Shown here: piece by piece, positions 1 through 10,148 of the stretch | How positions within the stretch are numbered: position 1 is the stretch's first letter | How the letters are laid out: every line of letters begins with the position of its first letter | Origin: Asterionella formosa | Taxonomy: Eukaryota | Assembly: GCA_002256025.1 (NCBI GenBank) | Contig: NKIB01014275.1 | Location: 1-45,321, forward strand | Reading direction: 5' to 3' | Length of the DNA: 45,321 bases | Position numbers and translations under genes: made by a program | Notes under the pieces: generated by a model | The model's input: only the letters and a program-made list of their open reading frames with translations | The model's database searches: none | What the model was told of the DNA's origin: nothing

Positions 1-80
1 ACAACGATGTACTTGGAACAGCAATAGAATAGTCATAATATTGTAGTTCACCTTTATTCACGATAAGGTTCCCCTCAACA
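1..80 (+). repeat. 5' LTR (3' part only)
   Basis: 76/80 identical to 5392-5471; ends in ...CCCCTCAACA. Confidence 0.95.
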
Positions 81-92
81 GAACTACAATAT
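81..92 (+). promoter_or_regulatory. Primer-binding-site position; complementary to LTR nt 38-49 rather than to a tRNA 3' end
   Basis: GAACTACAATAT directly abuts the LTR end and is the exact reverse complement of ATATTGTAGTTC (38-49); it does not start with TGG. Confidence 0.75.
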
Positions 93-227
93 CTGTTCTT
101 TCTCTCTTGTCCGCACCTGCGAAGTTGCGGGTTTTGTCGACAGTGCAAACCAGCACTGGTCTCAACAATCAACCGTCCAGCACCGCTTGCCCGTTCGCTG
201 TCCCTGTCTCTCAGGCCTTCTTCCACC

Positions 228-1316
228 ATGACGACTCCAATCGTTTCCGCTGTTTTCCCATTCCCTCATCCGCTCTTGACGCCGATCGAGGGCAAACCTA
301 CAGCCTTCACTGTAACCCGCCTTCGCAAGGAACTCTTTGCCAACGCTCGCTCTGTCCACTGTACCAGTGGTGGTGGTGCCAATGGTTTCCTTGGTATTGT
401 CATGGCTGCTGCTCCTTATCTCTTATGTGCCGGTGAACCCTTTGTACCGCCCGAACATCCCGGCATCCAGCCGACACACAGTGCTACTGCAACACAGTCC
501 CAAATCACTGCTGCCAACCGTCTCTTTGACACCTCCCTTGACGCATTCCGCCGTTACTCCCAAATCCGTGAAATTCTCCGACAACAAATTCTAACAGCCA
601 TTGACCCAACCTACTACAACGTTCTGGAAGATGCTACATTTGGATATGCAGACATCACTGTTCTGACCTTACTTGCTCACTTAGAATCTACATATGCAAC
701 ATTGAGTGCAGATGATTTGGAACTCAATCGCATGCGCTTGGCCGATGCTTGGACACCAGAGGAACCTATTGAGCATTTATGGATCCGCATCAAACATCTT
801 CGTGCCATTGCTGATGCTGGTGGGGAACCTTTCTCTGACAGTACTGTCATGCGATTGACTCTTTCTGCTTTAGAACAGGCTGGTGTATATTCTCATAGCA
901 TTCAAACTTGGCGTGATCGCGCTGAGCTGGACCGTACATGGGTTAATTTTTGCCCACATTTCATGCATGCTGATAAGGAACGATTGCGCCTTGCCACCGC
1001 CACCACTGCCGGTTATCATGGTGCCCATGCTGCCATTCAAACCAGTGGCCCTCCCCCATTGCCAGCTATTGCTGCCGCTGCTCGTGCTGTCCCTTCTGGA
1101 TACACTTACAACAATGTCCAATTAGGCTATTGTTGGACTCATGGTCTTACCAAAAACCCTGACCATACCAGTGCAACTTGCAATCATCCAGCTTCTGGCC
1201 ATCAACTCAATGCCACCCTTGATCGACGTCTGGGTGGCAGCGTCCGTCTGTTCAGTGATGGTCCCCGTCCTACCCGGCCACCCCGTGTTTCACCGCCACC
1301 TTCACCACTTGCTTGA
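228..1316 (+). CDS. gag: Gag-like polyprotein, 362 aa
   Basis: First long ORF after the LTR; C-terminal Cys/His motif YCWTHG...HTSATC...GH; ends in TGA in frame with pol. Confidence 0.9.
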   Translation: MTTPIVSAVFPFPHPLLTPIEGKPTAFTVTRLRKELFANARSVHCTSGGGANGFLGIVMAAAPYLLCAGEPFVPPEHPGIQPTHSATATQSQITAANRLFDTSLDAFRRYSQIREILRQQILTAIDPTYYNVLEDATFGYADITVLTLLAHLESTYATLSADDLELNRMRLADAWTPEEPIEHLWIRIKHLRAIADAGGEPFSDSTVMRLTLSALEQAGVYSHSIQTWRDRAELDRTWVNFCPHFMHADKERLRLATATTAGYHGAHAAIQTSGPPPLPAIAAAARAVPSGYTYNNVQLGYCWTHGLTKNPDHTSATCNHPASGHQLNATLDRRLGGSVRLFSDGPRPTRPPRVSPPPSPLA

Positions 1317-3145
1317 TGTGGAGGGGAGCAAGTTGCTGTCGATAATACTATTAACACAAACTTATCTCCCATCACTTGTCCCCCCGTCACACTCATTGCT
1401 GATTCTGGTAGTTCTGGCAATTACGCCACTGTTGATTTATCTGTCATCAACAAACGACCTACCACCAACCCTATCACCATTCAACTTCCTAACGGCAACC
1501 ATGTTAAATCTACACATGAGGCCGAATTATCTTTACCTATGCTCTTACCTGCTGCTTGTCATGTACACATTGTCCCTGGTCTACACAATTGCTCTTTATT
1601 GAGCATTGGACAACTATGTGATTCTGGCTACAAGGTACTCTTCACCAAACTACACATGTCTGTCTTATCTGATGGTCATTGCATCCTTCAGGGCCATCGC
1701 TCCACCTCCACTCGATTATGGCATGTCACCACCGCCACTATTGATCCACCATTGCCTACCCCTACCCACTACGCTGCTACCGCCATTGGCAGTCCCAATG
1801 CACCAGCCCTTGTTGCCTTTGCCCATGCGGCCCTCTTTTCTCCTGTTATCTCCACTTTGGAAAGCGTATTACTCCATGGGTATCTTGTCAATTTTCCAGG
1901 TCTAACCTTAAATACACTACGCAAACATCCCCCTCATTCCATCCCAACCATCAAAGGCCACCTCGATCAAACACGTCAAAACGTACGATCCACACGTGTG
2001 CCCCCAACTATCATTCAGCCTGAACTTCTTGCATCCATTCCTACCAATGTGATGGGTGATGCTGATTGCCACCCTGAGGGTCTTGCAACCCCTACCCATA
2101 TGTGTTTTGCGTCCATTATTGCACCCACAGGCCAAATTTACACTGATCAAACCGGAAAATTCATACTCCCCTCCAGCACTGGAAACAACTACATTATGAT
2201 TTTATATGATTATGACAGCAACTACATTTTCGTTCAGCCCTTTCATAACCAAACCGCTTCCTGCCTCCTTGCAGCATATAAAACATTACATCAACGTTTG
2301 TGCAAAGCTGGCTTATGTCCCAAACTTCAACACCTTGACAATGAGTGTTCTACACTCCTCAAAGACTTCTTGGACGCCGAAGCTATTGACTTTCAGTTGG
2401 TCCCGCCGGCTGTCCATCGTCGCAATGCCGCTGAACGTGCAATTCGCACCTTTCAAAATCATTTCATTGCCGGTCTATGCAGTGTCGACAAACACTTTCC
2501 TCTCCACTTGTGGGACCAACTATTAGTTCAAGCTGAACTTACTCTTAATCTCCTCCGTGGCTCACGCATCAACCCCAAACTGTCTGCTTGGGCACAGGTC
2601 AATGGAACATATGATTTTAACCGTGTCCCCCTTGCTCCACCTGGCTGTCGGGTCCTTGTTCATGCCAAGCCCCAACACCGAACAACATGGGCACCGCATG
2701 CTCTCGATGGTTGGTATGTTGGCCCTGCTGTGGATTCCTATCGCTGCTACCGCATCTGGATGTGGGACACACGTTCAATCAGAATCTGTGATACTGTCTC
2801 GTGGTTACCAACCAAAGTCCACCTACCCTGTAATTCATCCACTGACCTCATCACAACCAGTTTGCAGGACATTGCCTATGCCTTGTTACATCCCACCACT
2901 CGGTCTCCCGTTGCCCCACTCACTGCAACCCACAAAGCTGCTCTCCAGCAGCTCCTTGAAATTCTCTCACCGCCTGAGCTCACCCAACTACCCATCGCTC
3001 CCCTCCTGCATCACCCCATTCCATCACTGAGGGTGCCCGGTACACCCACAGCATCCACCATCCCCCTTCTCCCTGATCCTGATGCCTGTACACCTTTCCC
3101 GGTCTCTCCCGCCCTTGATGGCACTGCCCAACCACTGAGGGTGCT

Positions 3146-3248
3146 TAACCCTAACCCTACCCCTACCGACCCGAGTGTTGTTAACCCTACCCCAAACCCT
3201 AACCCTCACCTCGCCGGTAACCCTAACCTACCCCTAACCCTACCCCTA
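3146..3248 (+). repeat. Degenerate telomere-like (TAACCC/TACCCC) tract in the IN-RT linker
   Basis: Several TAACCC and TACCCC units in clusters, encoding Asn-Pro/Thr-Pro repeats. Confidence 0.75.
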
Positions 3249-5294
3249 GGGCCCCTCCTGCCAGTGGCTGCACGATCCTTCCAGCACCCCCTTGCACTTA
3301 TCGCGATGCTGTTGTGCTGCCCAGTCCCCTACCACCTTCCCCTTCGGACACTTATGACACTACCACTGTGCCCAAGAGCCGTCGTCGCCGTAAAACCACA
3401 CCACGTGATGCACCACATGCCAGCCGTCCCCATACCCAATCTTTGCTTGCCAACTGTGCTCTCTCCGCCCCTCCTCAAACCAGTGCTATTCCCCTGGCCA
3501 CTCATTTTTGTTTCCATGGCACCGCTATCAACCCTGAAAATGGCAAAATTGCTGGATATCGAGAATTATTGACTTGCAGCACTGCTCCGCTGTGGGCCAC
3601 CGCCAACGGCTTAGAAATTGGCCGGTTATTTCAGGGCTTGGGACCCCATTCTGACATGGCCACGGGTACTAATTGCTGTTTTTTCATTCATAAGCATGAA
3701 TTGCCCTCACACAAACGCGCCACTTACATCCGCATTGTGTGTGCCGATCGCCCTGAAAAAACCATTCCCCAACGAGTTCGTTGGACTGCTGGGGGGGATC
3801 GCATCATTTACACTGGAAATGTCAGCACCAAGACTGCTGATCTCACTACTGCAAAATGTTTGTTCAACAGCACCATTAGTACCCCCAATGGCCGCTTCAT
3901 GACTCTGGATTTATCTGATTTTTATCTGGAAAGTCATATACGTGCGCATCCCTATATGGATGATCCCCCCACACATTTAAACCCTCTACAACCTAGCTCC
4001 AAAAATCATTGATGGGCACATCTATGCCGAAATCCGTCGTGGCATGTATGGGCTGCCTCAGGCTGGTAAACTTGCCAATGATCAACTTGCTCAGTTCTTG
4101 CTCCCGCATCATTACCTCCCCTGCCCAGTCACCCCTGGCCTATGGATGGATACCACCAGTGATCTCATGTTTACGCTTGTTGTTGATGATTTCGGTGTAC
4201 GTTACACCAAACGTAGTGACATGGACCGTCTCCTCACCGCTTTACGTACCAAATACCGACTCACAACTGATTGGACTGGCTCTCGTTACATTGGCCTTAC
4301 ACTGACGTGGGACTACGAACATCGCACAGTTGACCTCACTATGCCTGGTTACATTGTTCGTGCTCTACAACGATTCACGCACACCACCCCAACACACCCA
4401 CAACATGCCCCCCATGCCTGGACTGCACCTAGTTATGGCGCTCGCCAGCAATTTGTTGTTTCTGACGTCACACCTGTCCTTGACCTCCATGATAAAACAC
4501 ATGTGCAAGAGATTCTTGGTACTTTATTGTATTATGCCCGTGCTATTGACTGTACTATGTTGCCGGCCCTTGGTACATTGGCTACACAACAAGCAACCCC
4601 CACTGTGGCTACCTTGACTGCTATTACTCACCTTCTCAATTATTGTGCCACTCATCCTGAGGCCACACTTCGCTTTACTGCCAGTGACATGGTCCTCCAT
4701 GTTGAAAGCGATGCTTCCTATCTCTCTGAAACACGTGGTTGCTCCTGCGCTGCCGGCATTCACTTTCTCAGCTGTAAACCCTTGTCTCCGCCTAGCCTCA
4801 CTACGTCCATCCCTCCTCTTAACGGTGCTATTTACGTACACTGTCAAATTCTTAAGGAGGTTTTATCAAGTGCTGCTGAGGCCGAATTAGCTGCTTTGTT
4901 CCACAATGGCAAAGAGGCATATGCTATTCGCAACATTCTTGTTGAGCTTGGTCATCCCCAACCTTCTACCCGTATTGTCACCAATAATAGCACTGCCAGT
5001 GGCATTGCCAATGATACCGTCCGACAAAAACGCTCCAAAGCTATGGATATGCGTTATTACTGGGTACGAGATTGGGTTCGCCAAGGCCAATTTCTTGTAT
5101 ACTGGAAAAAAGGTAGTTTGAATCGTGCTGATTATTTCACTAAACATCATCCCGCTTCCCATCATATGTTGATGTGCCCGCACTATCTCCATTGCCCTCC
5201 ATCCCTCCCTAGTCCTCCTAACTATTATGCGTGCTTGGCTTCCGATGCTGATCTCATCTCCACCCCAGCTCCTGTTCTTCTGCCTGAATCTGTT

Positions 5295-5304
5295 GGTGAG
5301 GGTG
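5295..5304 (+). promoter_or_regulatory. Polypurine tract
   Basis: GGTGAGGGTG immediately 5' of the TGTT start of the 3' LTR. Confidence 0.75.
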
Positions 5305-5471
5305 TGTTAATATCTGCATATGATGCTCCATACATGCGCCGTACAAACCATACCGGCGCAGCCACCAGATTAGGTACATGCATGAGTGCTAACAACGATG
5401 TACTCGAAACAGCAATAGAATAGTCATAATATTGTAGTTCACCTTTATTCATGACAAGGTTCCCCTCAACA
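5305..5471 (+). repeat. 3' LTR, 167 bp
   Basis: TGTT...AACA termini, preceded by the PPT; last 80 nt match window nt 1-80. The left boundary is inferred from the PPT and the TG. Confidence 0.88.
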
Positions 5472-6444
5472 ATAGAACCTGGCAGTATGGAAAACGACCC
5501 AGCGTCTCGGCAAATAGTTGAAGTGCACTCTAGGAGTGGTACGCATATGTCAAATGATAATCATCTACAGGTACCTGTACTGGATATGGTATCAGGTCCT
5601 GGTAAGAAAAAACTTTAGTTCATAAAATACTATAAAATGTTAAGTACAAACCATCCACATCCGCCAATAAAATGAATGCGCCGCGAAATCTTGATGCTTT
5701 TTAAATTTACTGTGCCTCTTTCTTCACCGACTCAGTGGGAACCGGCGAGATTCGGGTGGGACCTTTGACCTTTGGAGGACGAATACGGCGGCGAGTGGGC
5801 TGCTGAGCTGGTATTCTCCAGTGTGAGCATAACGGGAAATGAAAGCGAGCGATGCATGGCGCAATGGGTGACCGGTGGTAACTGAGATTCAAGTCAACGC
5901 GAACGCGACGGAACGGAATGGGTCAGGTGGCTGGTGGGAGTGCCGCGCTTGTGCTGTTGAGCTTTGTTCGTGTCCGCTATGGAGATTTTCAAGTGGTTGT
6001 ATTGTTTCTTCTGTTCAATGGAAAGGAAGCAAGCAACGGAGCGGAGCAGAGCAGAGCGGCAAAGTCAAAGTCTCTATTGTGATTGCTTATTGAATCCGTT
6101 ATTTGTTCTAGCGTGACTCACTCATGACCTGCCTATCTTGATGATCAACTTTAGCGGATCAGTTTTACCGACACTCGAAAGGAACAATCGAATGCCTCCT
6201 CCTCCCTTGTCCTCGTGACGAATTTTTCCTCTTTTCTTGTATTGATATTATAAATCTATTATTGCAGCACCGACTTTGATTACCGTCAAGGCCAATTCCT
6301 CCGCCGAATACCGGTATGTGCTGCCAGTTATGAGAATGCGATGGGTTGCGATGCGATGCGCTTGCTTTTCACGTCGTCTGATACAAAATTTCCAGCACTC
6401 TCAAATATCAGACGAGTGAACGATTCTCCCTTAAAAACCGTCTT

Positions 6445-8030
6445 CCCTAAGCATGATGTTCACTACGGAATGAGGTAAAGCAAATATTGCAGGTCCTTGT
6501 GTTCGGCTCCCCAAAAAATATGCATGGTTTCTTGAAAAGTAACTGTGGTACCATTGGCATATACTTGAATAATAGAATAAGGACATCGTCCACAGTCATC
6601 CAAGGTAGTAGAATTATCCAATAGGATTAAGATGTCATCACCAACTTTGTAATCACAAGAATGATGAAAGAAATTAGCGCGACATCGACATTTGTCAATT
6701 ATCACTTGTTGACATTGATATCCCAATACTAATTGCAAATCTTTAATCAAAGAAATATTTAACATCATATCATGTTTGGAAAACCCATGCTCATGGTGAA
6801 ATACTCAATGTCCTATAAATAATAGCTCAATCTGCATATGATGCAGCTGCAAAACATGTATCCACGATATTCTGAGCTTGAAATTCCTTGATTGGAGGAT
6901 GAGCCTTTAACATAACTTTTAGACTGTTACTAATAGATTGACGTGAACGTTCACAGATAGCATTTGCTTGTGGATTCTTGACTCTAATAGTCCCATTTTT
7001 AATTCCATTCAACACTAACATGTGAATGAATGGAATACCGGTCAATTCACCTCTATTCTCATGTATACAACGTTCTGGATGGAGATATCTGTCTAACCAA
7101 TCATTTTCAAATTTCATCGCAACATATTCTGATGTCTTAATATTGATATGATGATTACAATTTTTTGGTAAATCGGTGACTGTGTTAACTCAAGTTAGAG
7201 CACGAAATTCAATCGCTTGTGGAGCCACTGTTATCTTCCATGGAAAAATTGAATCCACTGTGACTTCTGAACATTGTAATAACAATGCATTCCTTGGTGG
7301 AAGTTCACCAAAAACCAGCACCAGGTAATTTTGTATGCTTTGACATGCTTCACATGATATCCTTACAATATGTTCCACTCTTGCTTTTAATGTAGGATGA
7401 TAAAAAATGTGTAACAATTGTAGCATTTAATCTGGTCATACTCACATGAGCTAACATCTGATGATACCAATTAATTTTATAATTGGATCCAATAGTGATG
7501 TAGTAATAGCAATATGTCAAGTAGTGTCTCCTGGATTCTTCACAAAACATATTAAATGTAAATCATGAAAGTTGATAGAGGGAAATTTTAACGGATGTGT
7601 TTGTTGATTGAGAATCAATTGTATATCCAGCAATTGTCTGTTATGTATTAAATTATAATCCAGAGGATATTGAATATTGTCCGCCAAGATTGGATGATTG
7701 AGGAAACAGGTAGTACGCAAAGGAGGTGCATCATCTAATTTAATTGAGAAAGTAGAAGTGGATGTTGATGCTGAAGTTTTCGGTCCAATATCATCCCCCA
7801 ACCAAAAGCAAGCCTCGAGAGGCGAGAGATAGAATCTGTAATACTTAGCATCATCAGTACCCTTCACATCGTGAAAAGTAAGAAGATATTCTTCAATATA
7901 AAGCCTCCACCGGAGAACATATTGAGTGTCTGTGTAGGGTATTATAGATAAAAATACGATTATCAGTGTGAACATGAAGAACCGCATTCAATAACATGCA
8001 TCGAAATTCTTTTGAACGTTTTTTAATTGA
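6445..8030 (-). pseudogene. Decayed Ty3/gypsy pol remnant (RNase H end plus integrase)
   Basis: Fragments FKEFRCMLL..LHVHTD, LRWRLYIEEY, YHQMLAH, FENDWLDRY..PERCIHE, KNPQANAICER, YKVGDDIL in RH-then-IN order; many stops and frameshifts. Confidence 0.85.
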
Positions 8031-9099
8031 TAGTCAGAAACATCCGTAAAATATGGAAAGGAAAATTACGATCACAATAATGCAATCCTTGGTTTGCTAA
8101 TGAAATGGGAATGAAATGCAATGAAGCTTATGCATTCTTAGGCAAAGAAAGAAATGAGACCGGAATCAGGATGATATATTGAATCTACCTTCGCATTTTT
8201 AAATATCCTGTGTTACAATAGCGGCGATATCCAACCTGTAATTATCCTGTAAAAAACAAATGTTATCCAAGTAATGATTGACGTAATACATATTCAATGT
8301 GCAATATAAATATATATTTTAAAAATCATAGCATTGCTATCACCGCACATACTTCTGTGAAGGCAATCTGTTCAGCATTCTGCTGGTTTTTAAGGCACAA
8401 TGGCTACTAGCTGACCAACAGGAGGGTTCATGACCACTAAAATTTCCTGGGTAGATTCATAAAAGTCGGCAGGTCTGCTCGCCCTCTGCACAATAACCTA
8501 ACCAGATATCATCATAGGACTAACCCATGGATTTGTATAAAACATACTAGGGTTAGCTGTGTCAGCAGTATGATAATTTGCTCCACATAGAATTTCCACG
8601 CCAGAGGAACATAAACAGGAACAGGGTATTTCGACATGAGTATCAAACAAAGGAAAAAGTAGGCAATTACTTGTTTATATTACAGGAAAGACGCATCAGC
8701 GGTTCCTAAGCTTCCTACATATGTATATTATCTGAGTGGGAAGATAAAATGAAGAGGCTGATAAGAAGTGAAAATCGGGGTCATGATGGTCAATATTTTT
8801 GTGATTGTCATGTGATATCATCTAGTGGTAGTAGTGATTTACCTCAACTATTGAAGAAAGAAGTTTCTCTTTGTACTAGTTTTGATTCCAATAGTAAAGC
8901 TATTATGACTACCATAGTCTAGTAGTAGGAGTAGAATTGAATTCAAGACAAAGGAGAAGGGAAAGAAGCAATTACTACTAGTACTAGTAAATTTATAATG
9001 CTAAAGGGGGACTGATGTTTAATCAGAACCAGCTACTGCTTCATTGTCCCAATTACTGAGAAACGACATCCAGCAGAAACAAACAACCACAACCACAAC

Positions 9100-10148
9100 A
9101 TATTGGGACTCCCCTGAAGCCAAGAAACTTTTCAACCTGCTGTTAAAAGATTAACCAAACAAGGACTCACACTTACCACACATGCACACATTGTCTCCAA
9201 GTGGTACCGCAATTTCCGAAAACACCGAAAATTCCAACTGAGAGTAACTCCAAGGATCTGCCACCCTTCCTGCATGCCAATCCCAAAATCTGCCTGAACA
9301 TTCAACGATATGGGAAAGAATACTTGGATACTCTTTCCATCGAAATGCTTTCGGCATATATACATGACAAGGTCCTACCAGCACTGGTCTATTAGACATT
9401 AAATGAACCTGTTGAGGAAGAAGAGGATCAGAGTATTAGTGTTGCACTTGACTTGGACTCTGAGGAGTACAAGTCAAAGTGGAAACAAATTCTAATCACA
9501 CATGGACTTACCTGCATTAGCCCGCCCTCTACCGTCTATTGCTGGATGACTTGTCTGGGATTCCGATATGCACCAAGGAAGAGAAGATACTATGTTGATG
9601 GACATGAAAAACCTGCAACAATTCAATACCGATGGGATTTCTGCAAATGATCATATCTGCATATCTGGGCTATGAAGAAAGGATGCACAGATGGATGCAG
9701 ATACCAGCCAAGGAAGCAGCTTTCATGGAAGAGAAGGGTGAGGTAACAAGGGGTTCAAGTTGCAGGAGAGGGGATCGAGTGTTCTTGGGGTTTTGCCAAT
9801 CATTTTTAGCATCGGGTTTCTCTGACGAAGAGGAAAAAGTGTCAAGAGAACTTCAGGTCTGTGGTGCAAGAGAGCATTTCAACAGACAAAGCGTTAACAA
9901 CAGAAAGGACAAGACAATTTTCAAGGCAAGCAAGACAATATTTATATCTGCATACTTCAAGATTTAGAAAGATCTGGACGAACAACAACATGACAGGATG
10001 GACGCCGAAGTTGACAAAACAACACATGGAGCGGACCCCAACAGCATTGAGAAGCTCAAAGCTTGTCAAAGAATTCAAAACACACCGCTGTGCTCTCGAT
10101 TTCGACACAACTTTCTGCAAGGCAACCTATGTCAACGATCTATTATAG
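9100..10148 (+). pseudogene. DDE transposase remnant, probably IS630/Tc1/mariner-related, internally deleted
   Basis: Fragments TVYCWM..LGFRY..RKRRYYVDGHEKPATIQYRW, YEERMHRWMQI, FSRQARQY, KLVKEFKTHRCALDFD across broken frames. Family assignment is from memory of motifs. Confidence 0.6.

Larger units (their letters stand above)
1317..5423 (+). pseudogene. pol: Pol (protease, integrase, RT, RNase H) with two frameshifts and one nonsense codon
   Basis: Protease LIADSGSSGNY (~1392-1424); integrase IYTDQTG / LDNE / AERAIR; RT LDLSDFYL, MYGLPQAG, LVVDDFGV; RNase H SDASY, SAAEAE, NRADYFTK. Frameshifts at ~3227 and ~3938, TAA at 3978-3980. Confidence 0.93.
1..5471 (+). mobile_element. Ty1/copia LTR retrotransposon (diatom CoDi-like), near full length, disabled; 5' end lies outside the window
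   Basis: Two LTR copies (1-80 matches 5392-5471), gag, then PR-IN-RT-RH domain order (copia order), and a PPT before the 3' LTR. Confidence 0.96.

Noticed and set aside
81..100. Canonical tRNA primer-binding site
   Set aside because: No TGG start and no recognisable tRNA-iMet complement; an internal tRNA match cannot be excluded without a search.
3224..3980. Programmed frameshifts within pol
   Set aside because: Better explained as a 1-nt loss in a repeat tract and a deletion within a conserved RT segment, accompanied by a nonsense codon.
5472..5476. Target-site duplication
   Set aside because: The 5' flank is outside the window, so it cannot be verified.
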